This document shows, piece after piece, positions 46,731 through 58,581 of a stretch of 64,000 nt of DNA; position 1 is the stretch's first letter; every line of letters starts with the position of its first letter. The DNA is taken from positions 18,256 to 82,255 of the forward strand of contig CAZSDU010000007.1 of assembly GCA_964605775.1 (NCBI GenBank), read 5' to 3'. The stretch is from an uncultured Prolixibacteraceae bacterium. Lineage in GTDB: Bacteria; Bacteroidota; Bacteroidia; Bacteroidales; FEN-979. Under the pieces are notes generated by a model. The model saw only the letters and a list, made by a program, of their open reading frames with translations. It was not told the origin of the DNA and did no database searches. The translations under genes were made by a program, and so were the position numbers.

Positions 46731-47036
46731 ATGAGCCAGAGAATAAGAATTAAACTGAAGTCGTACGATTACAGCCTGGTTGATAAATCGGCAGAAAAGA
46801 TCGTAAAAACCGTGAAGGCTACAGGCGCCGTTGTAAGCGGTCCCATTCCTTTGCCTACCGATAAGAAGATCTTTACGGTGCTGCGTTCAACCTTTGTGAA
46901 TAAAAAATCGCGGGAGCAATTTCAGTTATGCACCTACAAGCGGTTGCTGGATATCTACAGCACCACTTCGAAAACGATCGATGCATTAATGAAGCTCGAG
47001 CTGCCCAGTGGGGTGGAAGTGGAAATCAAGGTGTGA
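46731..47036 (+). CDS. rpsJ: 30S ribosomal protein S10
   Basis: A 101-aa protein reading [28 protein letters not shown]. Confidence 0.95.
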   Translation: MSQRIRIKLKSYDYSLVDKSAEKIVKTVKATGAVVSGPIPLPTDKKIFTVLRSTFVNKKSREQFQLCTYKRLLDIYSTTSKTIDALMKLELPSGVEVEIKV

Positions 47037-47070
47037 TCGGTAATTGAACTAAAAGTTAAAAAATCAGGAA

Positions 47071-47700
47071 ATGTCTGGATTAATTGGAAAAAAAATCGGT
47101 ATGACCAGTATCTATGATACGAACGGGAAAAATATTCCCTGCACGGTCATTGAAGCCGGCCCTTGTGTCGTGACACAGGTCCGATCCAAAGAAAAGGAAG
47201 GTTACGATGCCATCCAGTTGGCTTTTGAAGATAAAAAAGAAAAACATACAACCAAGGCTGAGCGTGGTCATTTTGCCAAAGCTGGTATTTCTCCCAAGAA
47301 AGTGCTTGCGGAATTTACTCGTTTTGAACCTGGCCATCAGAAAGTATTCGGTGATATTCTTCGTGTCGATATTTTCGAAGAAGGAGAATATATCGATGTG
47401 GTTGGTATTTCAAAAGGCAAGGGATTTCAGGGTGTTGTCAAACGTCATCATTTCAAAGGTGTTGGCGAAGCCACCCATGGACAGCATAACCGCCTCAGGG
47501 CTCCTGGTTCAGTCGGCGCTTCATCTTGGCCTTCCAGGGTCATGAAGGGATTGAGGATGGCCGGCCGTATGGGCGGAGATCGCGTAAAAGTGATCAATCT
47601 TCAGGTGTTAAAGATTATCCTCGAGAAAAACCTCATTTTAGTGAAAGGTGCAGTACCGGGACACAATGGTTCATATGTAATGATTGAGCGATGGAAGTAG
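47071..47700 (+). CDS. rplC: 50S ribosomal protein L3
   Basis: A 209-aa protein with [13 protein letters not shown] and [13 protein letters not shown]. Confidence 0.95.
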   Translation: MSGLIGKKIGMTSIYDTNGKNIPCTVIEAGPCVVTQVRSKEKEGYDAIQLAFEDKKEKHTTKAERGHFAKAGISPKKVLAEFTRFEPGHQKVFGDILRVDIFEEGEYIDVVGISKGKGFQGVVKRHHFKGVGEATHGQHNRLRAPGSVGASSWPSRVMKGLRMAGRMGGDRVKVINLQVLKIILEKNLILVKGAVPGHNGSYVMIERWK

Positions 47701-48320
47701 CAGTATATAATATTAAAGGAACAGCGACCGCTAAAAAGGTCAGCCTTGACGATTCGGTTTTTGCAATCGAACCTAACGATCATGCCATATACCTGGATGT
47801 AAAGCAACATATGGCTAATAAACGCCAGGGAACGCATGATACACTTGAAAAATCAACCCTTTCCGGAAGCACAAAAAAGCTGCATAAGCAGAAGGGTACC
47901 GGTGGCTCACGTAAAGGCAGCATCAAGAACCCCTTGTTTCGTGGTGGCGCACGTGTCTTCGGACCACATCCCCGTGACTATAGTTTCAAATTAAATAAGA
48001 AACTGAAAAAATTGGCAAGGAAATCTGCCCTGAGTTATAAGGTAAAAGACAATCAATTCACGGTTCTGGAAGACTTTGCTTTTGATAGTCCCAAAACCAG
48101 GAATTTTACGGAACTGATGAAAAGTTTTCAGTTAACAGGGAAGAAAATCCTCCTGGTGATGGCCAAAACAGAAGATAACGTGGTTTTATCGGCACGTAAC
48201 CTGAAACGCGTGAAAGTGATTCAGGCCGCAGACCTGAATACTTATGAAATTCTGGATGCCACTCAGTTATTACTGACGGAAAGCTCCATCAAAGAAATTG
48301 AAAAGATCCATCAGAATTAA
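47691..48320 (+). CDS. rplD: 50S ribosomal protein L4
   Basis: A 209-aa protein with [27 protein letters not shown]. It overlaps rplC by 10 nt. Confidence 0.93.
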   Translation: MEVAVYNIKGTATAKKVSLDDSVFAIEPNDHAIYLDVKQHMANKRQGTHDTLEKSTLSGSTKKLHKQKGTGGSRKGSIKNPLFRGGARVFGPHPRDYSFKLNKKLKKLARKSALSYKVKDNQFTVLEDFAFDSPKTRNFTELMKSFQLTGKKILLVMAKTEDNVVLSARNLKRVKVIQAADLNTYEILDATQLLLTESSIKEIEKIHQN

Positions 48321-48341
48321 ACCGATTAATTCGATACAGCA

Positions 48342-48632
48342 ATGACAATAATACAAAAGCCGATCATTACGGAGAAAATGACCCAGATGGGCGAGAAACT
48401 TAACCGTTACGGGTTTCTGGTCGACCGGAAGGCGAATAAACTCCAGATCAAACAGGCCATCAAAGAACTGTATGGTGTGGATGTGGCCACGGTGAATACC
48501 TTGGTCTATTCCGGAAAAAATAAAAGCCGGTTTACAAAAAGCGGCGTGATCTCGGGCAGAACGAGTACATATAAAAAGGCCATTGTGACTTTGGCCAAAG
48601 GTGAAACAATTGATTTTTATAGCAATATTTAA
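48342..48632 (+). CDS. rplW: 50S ribosomal protein L23
   Basis: A 96-aa protein with PIITEKMTQM and IKQAIKELYGVDVATVNT. Confidence 0.93.
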   Translation: MTIIQKPIITEKMTQMGEKLNRYGFLVDRKANKLQIKQAIKELYGVDVATVNTLVYSGKNKSRFTKSGVISGRTSTYKKAIVTLAKGETIDFYSNI

Positions 48633-48636
48633 ATAA

Positions 48637-49461
48637 ATGGCGCTCAAGAAATATAAACCCACAACGCCCGGTCAGCGGTTTAAAGTCATCAGTTCTTATG
48701 ATGAGCTTACCGCTTCCATCCCTGAGAAGAGCCTGTTGACTCCTATCCGGAAGACCGGTGGAAGAAATAATGAAGGTAAAATGACCATGCGTTATCTTGG
48801 TGGTGGTCATAAACAGATGTACCGTATGGTTGATTTTAAGCGCGACAAGGAGGGCATACCTGCCGTGGTGAAGACCATTGAATATGATCCTAACCGTTCC
48901 GCGAGAATCGCGCTTGTTACCTATAATGATGGTGAAAAAAGGTACATCATTGCCCCTTACGGATTAAAGGTCGGACAGACCATCATGGCTGGTAAAGGGG
49001 CTGCTCCGGAAATCGGGAATGCCCTTTACCTCAGTGAAATTCCTTTCGGAACCGTGATTCATAATGTTGAATTACGCCCGGGCCAGGGTGCTAAGCTGGT
49101 TCGCAGCGGTGGTTCTCATGCTCAATTGATGTCTAGGGATGGAAAATTTGCCATCATCAAAATGCCGTCAGGGGAAACCCGTATGATTCTTCAGGCATGT
49201 AAAGCTACCATTGGCATGGTCTCCAATCTGGATCACAACCTTGAATCCCATGGTAAGGCTGGGCGTAACCGGTGGCTGGGACGCAGACCGCGTAACCGTG
49301 GTGTGGTGATGAACCCGGTGGATCATCCCATGGGTGGTGGCGAAGGCCGTGCATCTGGCGGACATCCTCGCTCACGTAAGGGAATCCCTGCAAAAGGATA
49401 TAAGACCCGTTCAAAGAAAAAACAATCGAACCAGTATATTGTCGAAAAAAGAAAGAAGTAA
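48637..49461 (+). CDS. rplB: 50S ribosomal protein L2
   Basis: A 274-aa protein with KPTTPGQRF and [16 protein letters not shown]. Confidence 0.96.
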   Translation: MALKKYKPTTPGQRFKVISSYDELTASIPEKSLLTPIRKTGGRNNEGKMTMRYLGGGHKQMYRMVDFKRDKEGIPAVVKTIEYDPNRSARIALVTYNDGEKRYIIAPYGLKVGQTIMAGKGAAPEIGNALYLSEIPFGTVIHNVELRPGQGAKLVRSGGSHAQLMSRDGKFAIIKMPSGETRMILQACKATIGMVSNLDHNLESHGKAGRNRWLGRRPRNRGVVMNPVDHPMGGGEGRASGGHPRSRKGIPAKGYKTRSKKKQSNQYIVEKRKK

Positions 49462-49480
49462 TTATTAATCAGAATCTGAT

Positions 49481-49756
49481 ATGAGCCGATCGCTTAAAAA
49501 AGGTCCGTATATCCATCATAAACTGGAGAAAAAAGTTGAAGAACTTCTTGGTTCCAAGAAAAAAAACGTGATCAAAACCTGGTCACGGGGTTCCATGATA
49601 TCTCCTGATTTTGTTGGTCAGACCATTGCTGTTCACAACGGGAATAAGTTCATCCCCGTCTATATCACGGAAAACATGGTTGGACATAAGCTGGGTGAAT
49701 TCGCCCCGACACGAATTTTCCGTGGCCATGCAGGAAATAAAGATAAAAAGAAGTAA
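49481..49756 (+). CDS. rpsS: 30S ribosomal protein S19
   Basis: A 91-aa protein with [10 protein letters not shown] and [11 protein letters not shown]. Confidence 0.95.
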   Translation: MSRSLKKGPYIHHKLEKKVEELLGSKKKNVIKTWSRGSMISPDFVGQTIAVHNGNKFIPVYITENMVGHKLGEFAPTRIFRGHAGNKDKKK

Positions 49757-49775
49757 CGCCTTAATAAGATAGAAT

Positions 49776-50222
49776 ATGGGAGTCAGAACTCGAACCAGGG
49801 CTGAGAATCGTAAAGAGGCCAAGAAAAGCGTAACCTTTGCTAAGCTGAACAATTGTCCCACTTCACCCCGTAAAATGAGGTTGGTTGCCGACCTGATCCG
49901 GGGACAAAGAGTGGAATTGGCCTTACATACATTACAATATAATGCCAAGCAGCCAGCAGAACGTTTACGTAAACTTTTACTGTCGGCCATTGCCAATTGG
50001 CAGGCTAAAAATGAAGGCGCAAGAATTGAGGATAGTGATCTGTATATCAAAGAAGTTTTCGTTGATTCAGGACGTCAGCTGAAGCGGATCAGAACAGCTC
50101 CCCAGGGTCGTGCCCACCGCATTCGCAAACGTTCCAATCACGTTACGATTCTGCTTGACAGCAGAAACAAAGCGATGGAAACAGCGGAAGAACATAAAGA
50201 AGTTAAAAAAGAAAACAAATAG
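49776..50222 (+). CDS. rplV: 50S ribosomal protein L22
   Basis: A 148-aa protein with SPRKMRLVADLIRG and GRAHRIRKRSNHVTI. It has the N- and C-terminal extensions common in Bacteroidota. Confidence 0.93.
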   Translation: MGVRTRTRAENRKEAKKSVTFAKLNNCPTSPRKMRLVADLIRGQRVELALHTLQYNAKQPAERLRKLLLSAIANWQAKNEGARIEDSDLYIKEVFVDSGRQLKRIRTAPQGRAHRIRKRSNHVTILLDSRNKAMETAEEHKEVKKENK

Positions 50223-50243
50223 CAATCATAAAACGAATTATTA

Positions 50244-51014
50244 ATGGGACAAAAGACCAATCCGATCGCCAATAGGTTAGGCATCATCCGCGGCTGGGAT
50301 TCAAACTGGTTCGGCGGAAAGAATTTTGAACCTAAGTTGGTTGAGGACGATAAAATCAGAAAATATCTTCATGCCCGTTTATCCAAGGCTGGTATTTCCA
50401 AAATCGCCATTGAACGTACCTTGAAACTGGTTACAGTGACCATTCATACGGCTCGTCCGGGGATCATTATTGGGAAAGGTGGACAGGAAGTAGATAAATT
50501 GAAGGAAGAGCTGAAGAAAATTACCAAAAAGGAGATTCAGATCAACATATCAGAGATTAAACGTCCTGAAATTGATGCTGTTATCGTTGCCAATACGGTA
50601 GCCAGTCAGATTGAAGGTCGTATTTCCTACCGCCGTGCCATCAAAACTTCCATAGCTTCTGCCATGAGGATCGGCGCTGAAGGGATCAAAATTATGATTT
50701 CCGGCCGTTTAGGAGGATCTGAAATGGCCCGCCGTGAGCAGTACAAGGAAGGACGTATTCCCCTTCACACTTTTCGTGCCGACATTGATTACGCAACGGC
50801 CGAAGCGCATACCACCTATGGCCGAATCGGAATCAAGGTCTGGATTTGTAAAGGAGAAATATATGGCCGTCCCGATCTTATGCCTAGTGCGGCAAGCACA
50901 AAACTAAAGCCTGCTCAGCAAAGGGGCCCAAAAAGCGGTGATCGTGATAGGGACAGGGATCGTGGTCCGCGTGAGGGTGGTGGAAGACCCCGTAACCAAA
51001 ATAATCGTAAATAG
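50244..51014 (+). CDS. rpsC: 30S ribosomal protein S3
   Basis: A 256-aa protein with [14 protein letters not shown], a KH domain, and an Arg/Asp-rich C-terminal tail. Confidence 0.95.
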   Translation: MGQKTNPIANRLGIIRGWDSNWFGGKNFEPKLVEDDKIRKYLHARLSKAGISKIAIERTLKLVTVTIHTARPGIIIGKGGQEVDKLKEELKKITKKEIQINISEIKRPEIDAVIVANTVASQIEGRISYRRAIKTSIASAMRIGAEGIKIMISGRLGGSEMARREQYKEGRIPLHTFRADIDYATAEAHTTYGRIGIKVWICKGEIYGRPDLMPSAASTKLKPAQQRGPKSGDRDRDRDRGPREGGGRPRNQNNRK

Positions 51015-51038
51015 TTGACATCATAATATTTCTGCACA

Positions 51039-51467
51039 ATGTTACAACCAAAAAAAACAAAATACAGAAAACAACAAAAGGGGAAGATGAAGGGCAATGC
51101 CGGCCGTGGACACCAGCTTGCATTTGGCTCCTTCGGTATCAAAACGTTGGAAGAAGCCTGGATCACTGGTCGCCAGATTGAAGCAGCCCGTCAGGCCATC
51201 ACCCGCCACATGAAACGTGAAGGCCAGTTGTGGATCCGTATTTTTCCGGATAAGCCGGTTACCAAAAAGCCTGCTGAAGTACGTATGGGAAAAGGAAAAG
51301 GAGCACCGGAATATTTTGTGGCAAGGGTCACCCCTGGCCGTATCCTGTTTGAGATCGAGGGCGTTAACATGGAAGTAGCTAAAGAATCCCTGAGATTGGG
51401 AGCACAGAAACTTCCCGTAGCGACCAAGACCGTTGTACGCAAAGATTACGAAGAAGAAGCAATATAG
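51039..51467 (+). CDS. rplP: 50S ribosomal protein L16
   Basis: A 142-aa protein with [15 protein letters not shown] and [11 protein letters not shown]. Confidence 0.95.
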   Translation: MLQPKKTKYRKQQKGKMKGNAGRGHQLAFGSFGIKTLEEAWITGRQIEAARQAITRHMKREGQLWIRIFPDKPVTKKPAEVRMGKGKGAPEYFVARVTPGRILFEIEGVNMEVAKESLRLGAQKLPVATKTVVRKDYEEEAI

Positions 51468-51512
51468 TTTCGCTGGGATGACCTGATGGTTGTCCCGCCA
51501 AAAAGAAAGAAT

Positions 51513-51734
51513 ATGGAACAGAAAGTCATCAGAGAATTTACAACGGGTGAAATCCTGGAAAGGCTGGAGGAGGAAAAGCGGCAACTGACCAAACTGAAAC
51601 TGAATCATGCTGTTTCCCCTTTGGAAAACCCGAATAAAATCAAGGCATACAGGAAAACCATTGCCCGCCTTGAAACCGAATTGCGTCACCGCGTTCTTAA
51701 CGGTGAAAAAATTACAAAGGCAATAAAGAAATAA
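51513..51734 (+). CDS. rpmC: 50S ribosomal protein L29
   Basis: The start is set at the internal Met ([25 protein letters not shown]), giving 73 aa. The upstream extension in the ORF track has no L29 counterpart. Confidence 0.88.
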   Translation: MEQKVIREFTTGEILERLEEEKRQLTKLKLNHAVSPLENPNKIKAYRKTIARLETELRHRVLNGEKITKAIKK

Positions 51735-51736
51735 TT

Positions 51737-51994
51737 ATGGAAACGAGGAAATTAAGAAAAGAAAAAACCGGCATCGTTGTAAGCAACAAGATGGAAAAAT
51801 CAGTGGTTGTTGAGGTCGAACGTAAGGTAAAACATCCCAAATACGGTAAGTTCGTGAAAAAAACCTCGCGTTTTATGGCCCATGATGATAACAATGAATG
51901 CAGTGAAGGTGATAAGGTGAAAATTGCTGAAACCAGACCCCTGAGCAAAAATAAATGTTGGAGACTTGTAGAAATTATAGAAAAGGTTAAATAG
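51737..51994 (+). CDS. rpsQ: 30S ribosomal protein S17
   Basis: An 85-aa protein with [27 protein letters not shown]. Confidence 0.94.
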   Translation: METRKLRKEKTGIVVSNKMEKSVVVEVERKVKHPKYGKFVKKTSRFMAHDDNNECSEGDKVKIAETRPLSKNKCWRLVEIIEKVK

Positions 51995-51996
51995 TC

Positions 51997-52365
51997 ATGA
52001 TACAGCAAGAATCAAGATTAACAGTAGCTGATAACAGCGGGGCAAAGGAAGTCCTCTGCATTAAAGTACTCGGCGGCACGCGTAAAAGGTATGCTTCCGT
52101 TGGAGATCGCATCATTGTCACAGTGAAACATGCACTCCCTTCGGGAAATATCAAAAAAGGAACGGTTTCCAAAGCCGTAGTCGTGAGAACAAAAAAAGAA
52201 ATCCGCAGGCTTGATGGTTCTTATATCCGTTTTGACGACAATGCCGTAGTCCTGCTCAACAATACCGGTGAAATGATCGGTACACGTATATTTGGTCCCG
52301 TAGCCAGGGAATTACGTGAAAAACAGTTTATGAAAATCGTTTCTTTAGCACCAGAAGTGCTTTAA
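51997..52365 (+). CDS. rplN: 50S ribosomal protein L14
   Basis: A 122-aa protein reading [18 protein letters not shown]. Confidence 0.96.
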   Translation: MIQQESRLTVADNSGAKEVLCIKVLGGTRKRYASVGDRIIVTVKHALPSGNIKKGTVSKAVVVRTKKEIRRLDGSYIRFDDNAVVLLNNTGEMIGTRIFGPVARELREKQFMKIVSLAPEVL

Positions 52366-52380
52366 GCATAAAACAATACC

Positions 52381-52704
52381 ATGCAAAAGAAGTTACATAT
52401 ACGCAAAGGCGACACGGTGATGATCATCGCCGGTGATTCAAGGGGACAGCAAGGAAAGGTTCTCAAGCTTGATACTGAAAAACAGATGGCTATCGTAGAA
52501 GGCGTGAACCTGGTATCCAAGCATACCAAACCCAATGCCAAAAGTCCTCAGGGAGGGATCATTAAAAAAGAAGCTCCCGTTCACATTTCTAACCTGAAAG
52601 TGATGGATCCTTCGGGAAATCCTACACGTACCGGAAGAAAAATCGATAGCAAATCAGAAAAACTGGTTCGTTTTTCAAAAAAATCAGGGGAGGTAATAAA
52701 ATAA
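52381..52704 (+). CDS. rplX: 50S ribosomal protein L24
   Basis: A 107-aa protein with a KOW motif ([21 protein letters not shown]). Confidence 0.93.
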   Translation: MQKKLHIRKGDTVMIIAGDSRGQQGKVLKLDTEKQMAIVEGVNLVSKHTKPNAKSPQGGIIKKEAPVHISNLKVMDPSGNPTRTGRKIDSKSEKLVRFSKKSGEVIK

Positions 52705-53255
52705 TGGCTTATACACCAAGATTAAAAGATAAGTACCTGAAGGAAATTGTTCCTGCGCTGATGCAGCAGTTCAATTATAAAACACCCATGCAGGTGCCAA
52801 GGATTAATAAAATCTGCCTGAACCAGGGTCTGGGCATTGCCAATACCGATAAGAAATTCATCGACAACGGGATTTCGGAAATGACCATGATCACCGGACA
52901 GAAAGCGGTGGCGACAAAATCGAAAAAGGATATCTCTAACTTCAAGTTGAGAAAAGGTAATCCGATAGGAGTCAGGGTGACGCTGAGAGGCGAACGGATG
53001 TATGAATTCCTGGATCGTTTGATTTCTGTTGCTCTTCCCCGGGTACGCGACTTCCGTGGGGTGAACGACAAAGGTTTTGATGGACGCGGAAATTATACCC
53101 TTGGAGTACAGGAACAGATTATTTTTCCGGAAATTGATATCGATAAAATTGCCAGGATCAACGGAGTGGATATCACCTTTGTGACTTCTGCCCGAACCGA
53201 CCGCGAAGCCTATGCACTTTTGAAAGAATTTGGAATTCCATTTATAAATAAATAA
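52704..53255 (+). CDS. rplE: 50S ribosomal protein L5
   Basis: A 183-aa protein with [15 protein letters not shown] and LPRVRDFRG. Confidence 0.95.
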   Translation: MAYTPRLKDKYLKEIVPALMQQFNYKTPMQVPRINKICLNQGLGIANTDKKFIDNGISEMTMITGQKAVATKSKKDISNFKLRKGNPIGVRVTLRGERMYEFLDRLISVALPRVRDFRGVNDKGFDGRGNYTLGVQEQIIFPEIDIDKIARINGVDITFVTSARTDREAYALLKEFGIPFINK

Positions 53256-53259
53256 AGAT

Positions 53260-53529
53260 ATGGCAAAAGAATCCATTAAAGCCAGGGAGCACAAACGGGA
53301 AAAACTGGTCGAAAAATTTGCCGAAAAGCGCAAAGCACTGAAAGAAGCAGGAGATTATATTGCTTTACAAAAGTTACCCAAAAATGCTTCTCCTGTACGT
53401 CTTCATAACCGTTGCAAACTAACGGGCAGACCCAAGGGGTATATGCGTCTTTTTGGGATTTCCCGTATTAATTTCAGGGAAATGGCCAATAAGGGATTGA
53501 TCCCCGGCATTAAAAAAGCAAGCTGGTAA
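53260..53529 (+). CDS. rpsN: 30S ribosomal protein S14 (long, Zn-ribbon-free form)
   Basis: An 89-aa protein with [24 protein letters not shown] and ending KASW. It has only one Cys. Confidence 0.93.
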   Translation: MAKESIKAREHKREKLVEKFAEKRKALKEAGDYIALQKLPKNASPVRLHNRCKLTGRPKGYMRLFGISRINFREMANKGLIPGIKKASW

Positions 53530-53571
53530 GTTGAAATACGAAACAAAAACAAACAAACAAAAGAAAAAATA

Positions 53572-53970
53572 ATGGTTACGGATCCCATTGCAGATTATTT
53601 AACAAGAATCAGGAATGCCGTTTTGGCCAACCACCGGGTTGTCGAAATTCCAAAGTCGAAGATCAAGGAAGAAATCACCAGGATCCTCTTTGAAAAGGGA
53701 TATATCCTGAATTACAAAGTGGAAAATGAACCCCGGCCCGGCATCATCAAGATCGCTTTGAAATATCATCCGGTCACAAAAGTGTCAGCCCTTAATTCCT
53801 TGGTGAGAATTTCCAAACCCGGGCTGAGAAAATATGTTGATGCCGATAATTTGCCCCGCGTGCTGAATGGCCTGGGCGTTGCTATCCTGTCCACTTCACA
53901 GGGTTTGATGACCGACAAGGAAGCAAAGGTGAAAAAAATCGGTGGAGAGGTTTTATGTTATATCAGTTAA
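53572..53970 (+). CDS. rpsH: 30S ribosomal protein S8
   Basis: A 132-aa protein with DPIADYLTRIRNA and GGEVLCYI. Confidence 0.95.
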   Translation: MVTDPIADYLTRIRNAVLANHRVVEIPKSKIKEEITRILFEKGYILNYKVENEPRPGIIKIALKYHPVTKVSALNSLVRISKPGLRKYVDADNLPRVLNGLGVAILSTSQGLMTDKEAKVKKIGGEVLCYIS

Positions 53971-53985
53971 TTAGGAGATTTTAAA

Positions 53986-54543
53986 ATGTCAAGAATAGGA
54001 AAATTACCAATCCATTTACCCGTTGACGTGCAGGTGACAGTCTCCGATACTAATCTGGTCTCGGTCAAAGGTAAACTCGGAGAATTGAAACAACAGGTGG
54101 ATCCAAGGATTACTGTTCGTGTTGTAGGCCAAGATCTGATCGTATCACGCAAGTCCGATGAACGGGATGAACGGTCAAAGCATGGACTTTATCGTTCCTT
54201 GCTTGCCAATATGGTCAAGGGTGTGTCAGAGGGATTTACCATTGTTCAGGAACTGGTTGGTGTGGGATATAAGGCCTCTGCCAACGGTCAGCTGCTGGAA
54301 TTATCACTCGGATATTCCCATAACCTTCTATTGGAAATTCCGACAGAAATCCAGGTTCAGACCACTGCCGAGAAAGGGAAAAACAATACCATCATTTTGA
54401 AATCGGCCGATAAACAATTGGTCGGTCAGGTGGCCGCAAAGATTCGTTCCTTCCGTAAGCCGGAACCTTATAAAGGTAAGGGAATACGTTTTGCCGGTGA
54501 AGAAATTAAGAAGAAAGCCGGTAAGTCAGCTGCCGGACAATAA
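53986..54543 (+). CDS. rplF: 50S ribosomal protein L6
   Basis: A 185-aa protein with MSRIGKLPI and [10 protein letters not shown]. Confidence 0.95.
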   Translation: MSRIGKLPIHLPVDVQVTVSDTNLVSVKGKLGELKQQVDPRITVRVVGQDLIVSRKSDERDERSKHGLYRSLLANMVKGVSEGFTIVQELVGVGYKASANGQLLELSLGYSHNLLLEIPTEIQVQTTAEKGKNNTIILKSADKQLVGQVAAKIRSFRKPEPYKGKGIRFAGEEIKKKAGKSAAGQ

Positions 54544-54592
54544 TCATAAAGGCGATCTGCCAGATCACCCCAACAACAAAAAATTAAAAAAA

Positions 54593-54955
54593 ATGGCAAT
54601 CAAGAATAAAAAGGAATTTCGGAGGTTCAGGATCAAACACAGGGTACGGAAAATCGTATCAGGGACTCCTGACAGGCCTCGCATGACTGTTTACAGAAGC
54701 AACAAGGCGATTTATGTTCAATTGATCGATGACCTTGTTGGTAAGACATTGATCTCTGCTTCTTCAGGCGAAAAAGGGATGAAGGAGGTTAAAGGGACAA
54801 AAACCGAAGTGGCCAGACAGGTGGGTAAGCTGATCGCCGAGAAAGCCCAGCAGGCTGGGATCACTAATGTGGTTTTTGACAGGAACGGTTATTTATATCA
54901 TGGCAGAGTAAAATCTCTGGCTGAAGCAGCCCGGGAAGGCGGCCTAAAATTCTAG
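54593..54955 (+). CDS. rplR: 50S ribosomal protein L18
   Basis: The start is set at the ATG at 54593 ([20 protein letters not shown]), giving 120 aa. It contains [20 protein letters not shown] and [24 protein letters not shown]. Confidence 0.93.
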   Translation: MAIKNKKEFRRFRIKHRVRKIVSGTPDRPRMTVYRSNKAIYVQLIDDLVGKTLISASSGEKGMKEVKGTKTEVARQVGKLIAEKAQQAGITNVVFDRNGYLYHGRVKSLAEAAREGGLKF

Positions 54956-54962
54956 ATAAAAT

Positions 54963-55481
54963 ATGACAAACGCTAACGTAAAAAGAGTAAAATCAAGCGA
55001 GATCGAATTCAAAGATCGCCTCGTCAGTATCCAGAGGGTGACGAAAGTAACCAAAGGAGGCCGTACGTTTAGTTTTTCTGCTATTGTCGTAGTGGGAAAT
55101 GAAAACGGTGTGGTGGGTTACGGATTAGGTAAAGCAAAAGAAGTGACTGCAGCAATTGCCAAAGGAATTGATGATGCGAAAAAAAACCTGATCAAGGTTC
55201 CCGTACTCAAAGGAACAATTCCTCACGAACAACTGGGTAAATACAGCGGAGCTCTGGTTTATCTGAAACCTGCAGCTCCCGGTACCGGCGTTATCGCAGG
55301 AGGTGCTATGCGTGCCGTGCTTGAAAGCGTGGGCATAAAGGACGTGCTGGCTAAATCAAAAGGGAGCTCGAATCCCCATAGTGTGGTCAAAGCTACCATC
55401 AATGCCCTGATCCAGATGCGAGATCCTTACACCATTGCACAACTTCGCGGAATTGATCTGCATAATGTATTTAATGGCTAA
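54963..55481 (+). CDS. rpsE: 30S ribosomal protein S5
   Basis: A 172-aa protein with [18 protein letters not shown] and [11 protein letters not shown]. Confidence 0.95.
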   Translation: MTNANVKRVKSSEIEFKDRLVSIQRVTKVTKGGRTFSFSAIVVVGNENGVVGYGLGKAKEVTAAIAKGIDDAKKNLIKVPVLKGTIPHEQLGKYSGALVYLKPAAPGTGVIAGGAMRAVLESVGIKDVLAKSKGSSNPHSVVKATINALIQMRDPYTIAQLRGIDLHNVFNG

Positions 55482-55512
55482 TATTTTTATCACCAAAAGG
55501 CTGTCATAAGGA

Positions 55513-55692
55513 ATGAAAAAAATAAAAATCACACAGATTCGAAGCGGTATCGGTAGGCCATTACGCCAGAAACGAACCCTCGAAGCATTGGGCCTGAAAA
55601 GGATCCGTCATACGGTGGAACACGAAGCAACCCCTCAGATCCTGGGCATGGTGGCCAAAGTGACCCACCTGGTAACTGTTGAAGAAGTCTAA
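55513..55692 (+). CDS. rpmD: 50S ribosomal protein L30
   Basis: Not in the ORF track (59 aa). Hand translation gives [59 protein letters not shown]. It occupies the canonical position between rpsE and rplO. Confidence 0.92.
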   Translation: MKKIKITQIRSGIGRPLRQKRTLEALGLKRIRHTVEHEATPQILGMVAKVTHLVTVEEV

Positions 55693-55712
55693 CTTAGATA
55701 AATGATATTGAA

Positions 55713-56159
55713 ATGGATTTAAGTAATCTTAAACCGGCTAAAGGTTCTACAAAAAAAGAAAAGCGCATCGGCAGAGGCCAGGGTTCCGGACATGGTGGAA
55801 CATCCACCCGTGGACATAAGGGCGCCAAATCCCGTTCAGGGTATTCCAAGAAACTTGGTTTCGAAGGAGGGCAGATGTCTTTGGCACGCAGGGTTCCAAA
55901 GTTTGGTTTTAACAACATCAACCGTAAGGAGTTTAAAGGAATTAACCTCGATGTTCTGCAACAACTTGCTGATAAAAAGAATATTACGGAGATCAACCTG
56001 GGTATTCTTGCAGAAAGTGGTTATATTTCGAAAAATGACCGGGTGAAGATCCTTGGTCGCGGAGAATTGAAAGCCAAGTTGGATATCACCGCTCACGCTT
56101 TTTCTGCCAGTGCAAAGAAAGCCATTGAAGATCTTGGTGGAATTGCTCATATACTTTAA
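55713..56159 (+). CDS. rplO: 50S ribosomal protein L15
   Basis: A 148-aa protein with LKPAKGSTKKEKRIGRGQGSGHGGTSTRGHKG. Confidence 0.95.
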   Translation: MDLSNLKPAKGSTKKEKRIGRGQGSGHGGTSTRGHKGAKSRSGYSKKLGFEGGQMSLARRVPKFGFNNINRKEFKGINLDVLQQLADKKNITEINLGILAESGYISKNDRVKILGRGELKAKLDITAHAFSASAKKAIEDLGGIAHIL

Positions 56160-56169
56160 ATCTGTTTGA

Positions 56170-57537
56170 ATGAAAAAGCTGATTCAAACCATACGGAATA
56201 TCTGGAAAATTGAGGACCTGCGGAAACGTATCCTTTATACCATCGGGATCATTCTGATCTACCGTTTTGGCGCTTATGTAGTGCTTCCCGGAGTGGATCC
56301 GGGTATGTTGGCCAACCTGCAAAACCAGACCAAAAGCGGTTTGCTGGGATTGCTCAATATGTTCTCGGGTGGCGCTTTTTCCAATGCCTCTATCTTTGCC
56401 CTGGGGATCATGCCCTATATTTCTGCTTCTATCGTGATGCAACTTCTGGGTATGGCCATTCCCTATTTCCAGAAATTACAAAAGGAAGGGGAAAGCGGGC
56501 GTAAAAAAATCAACCAGATGACCCGGTATCTGACCGTCATCATTTTGGTCTTCCAATCTCCGGCCTATATCGTTAACCTGGCTTCTCAATTGCCAGCAGA
56601 AGCCATTTATCCTTTTAATCCGAATACCACGATCCATACTGTATTTTCTTTCTTCGGTATCTCCTCTATCATCCTGCTTACGGCCGGATCCATGTTCATC
56701 ATGTGGCTGGGGGAAAGGATCACGGATAAAGGAATCGGAAACGGAATTTCCTTGATTATTATGATTGGTATCATTGCCCGGCTTCCATTTGCCCTTTTCG
56801 GGGAACTTATTTCAAGAATGGAACAAAAAGGTGGCGGACTGGTTTTCTTTGTGGTTGAACTTGCTTTCCTGGTACTGGTTATTCTTGTTACTATTCTGCT
56901 GGTTCAGGGTACCCGTAAAATTCCCGTACAGTATGCCAAACGCATTGTGGGGAACAAGCAATACGGAGGGGTTCGTCAATATATTCCCTTAAAAGTTAAT
57001 GCTGCCGGGGTTATGCCGATCATCTTTGCGCAGGCGATTATGTTTTTACCGCTAACCCTTGCAGGTTTTGCCAGCAATGAAACGCTTACCGGCATTGCCA
57101 GGGTATTTACTGACTTTAATAGCTTTGGTTATAATATAACCTTTTTCATCCTGATTATTTTCTTTACTTATTTCTACACTGCCATCACGGTTAATCCAAC
57201 CCAGATGGCAGAAGACATGAAGAAAAACGGCGGGTTCATTCCGGGTGTGAAACCGGGTAAGAAGACGGCAGAGTTTATCGACAATGTTATGTCGAGAATT
57301 ACCTTACCGGGTTCAATTTTTCTGGGGTTTGTTGCCATTATGCCGTCCTTGGTGAGCCTTGTCGGAATCACCAACCAATTTGCTCAGTTCTACGGAGGGA
57401 CCTCTCTCTTGATTCTTGTCGGGGTTGTTCTGGATACTTTGCAGCAAGTTGAAAGCCATTTGTTGATGCGGCATTATGATGGTCTGACAAAATCAGGCCG
57501 TATTAAAGGCCGGTCTTCTTATTCTGTTACTGGTTAA
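56170..57537 (+). CDS. secY: Preprotein translocase subunit SecY
   Basis: A 455-aa protein with ten TM helices and the blocks IFALGIMPYISASI, ITDKGIGNGISLII and GGFIPGVKPG. Confidence 0.96.
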   Translation: MKKLIQTIRNIWKIEDLRKRILYTIGIILIYRFGAYVVLPGVDPGMLANLQNQTKSGLLGLLNMFSGGAFSNASIFALGIMPYISASIVMQLLGMAIPYFQKLQKEGESGRKKINQMTRYLTVIILVFQSPAYIVNLASQLPAEAIYPFNPNTTIHTVFSFFGISSIILLTAGSMFIMWLGERITDKGIGNGISLIIMIGIIARLPFALFGELISRMEQKGGGLVFFVVELAFLVLVILVTILLVQGTRKIPVQYAKRIVGNKQYGGVRQYIPLKVNAAGVMPIIFAQAIMFLPLTLAGFASNETLTGIARVFTDFNSFGYNITFFILIIFFTYFYTAITVNPTQMAEDMKKNGGFIPGVKPGKKTAEFIDNVMSRITLPGSIFLGFVAIMPSLVSLVGITNQFAQFYGGTSLLILVGVVLDTLQQVESHLLMRHYDGLTKSGRIKGRSSYSVTG

Positions 57538-57544
57538 TGATATC

Positions 57545-58345
57545 ATGCTCGGGAAGCAGTTATCAGTAAAATCGGCAGATGAGATCGAAATATTGAAAGA
57601 AAACGCGATCATTGTAAGCAAAACGCTTGCAGAAGTCGCAAAATATATCAGACCCGGTGTTAAAACGATAACACTGGATAAAATAGCGGAAGACTTTATA
57701 AGGTCTGAAGGAGCGGTACCCGGCTTTAAGGGTTACAGGGGGTTCCCGGCCACCTTATGTACCTCCATCAATGAAGAAGTGGTGCATGGAATTCCGGGAG
57801 AAAGAGTTCTTAGAAATGGTGATATAGTTTCGATCGACTGCGGATGTAGAATGAAGGAATATTATGGAGATTCGGCCTATACTTTTTCAGTAGGGGAAGT
57901 TTCGCCTGATATCCTGATGCTCTTGAAACGTACCAAGGAATCTTTGTTTATGGCCATTGAAATGGCGGTAGCAGGGAAAAGGGTAGGGGACATCAGTGAA
58001 ACGGTCCAGAAATATGTGGAATCTTTCGGATATTCCGTTGTGAGAGAACTTGTTGGACACGGGATAGGAAAGCAGTTGCACGAAAAACCGGATATTCCCA
58101 ATTACGGGCGTAGAGGTTCAGGGATGAAACTGGTAGAAGGATTGACCTTGTGTATTGAACCCATGATCAATATGGGGAATAAAAACATTGTTCAATCTAC
58201 TGACGGTTGGACCATACGAACAGCAGATCGCATGCCCTCAGCTCATTTTGAGCTTACGGTAGTGGTCAGGAAAGAAAAAGCAGATGTGCTTTCAACATTT
58301 AAGTATATAGAGGAAGTATTGGACGCTTATAATAATAAAGGTTAA
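57545..58345 (+). CDS. map: Type I methionine aminopeptidase
   Basis: A 266-aa protein with metal-ligand blocks (VSIDCG, GHGIG, LCIEP). It occupies the slot held by adk in many other phyla. Confidence 0.92.
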   Translation: MLGKQLSVKSADEIEILKENAIIVSKTLAEVAKYIRPGVKTITLDKIAEDFIRSEGAVPGFKGYRGFPATLCTSINEEVVHGIPGERVLRNGDIVSIDCGCRMKEYYGDSAYTFSVGEVSPDILMLLKRTKESLFMAIEMAVAGKRVGDISETVQKYVESFGYSVVRELVGHGIGKQLHEKPDIPNYGRRGSGMKLVEGLTLCIEPMINMGNKNIVQSTDGWTIRTADRMPSAHFELTVVVRKEKADVLSTFKYIEEVLDAYNNKG

Positions 58346-58347
58346 CC

Positions 58348-58566
58348 ATGTCAAAGCAAGCATCAATCCAGCAGGATGGAACTGTCATTGAGTCACTGGG
58401 AAATGCCATGTTCCGTGTTGAGCTGGAAAACGGTCACGTGATCACGGCACATATTTCCGGAAAAATGCGAATGCATTACATCAAGATTCTACCCGGTGAT
58501 AAAGTAAGGATCGAAATGTCACCCTATGATTTGACAAAGGGAAGAATAACATTCAGATATCAATAG
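58348..58566 (+). CDS. infA: Translation initiation factor IF-1
   Basis: A 72-aa S1-like OB fold with [24 protein letters not shown] and [21 protein letters not shown]. Confidence 0.96.
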   Translation: MSKQASIQQDGTVIESLGNAMFRVELENGHVITAHISGKMRMHYIKILPGDKVRIEMSPYDLTKGRITFRYQ

Positions 58567-58581
58567 TTTAATATAGAGGAA

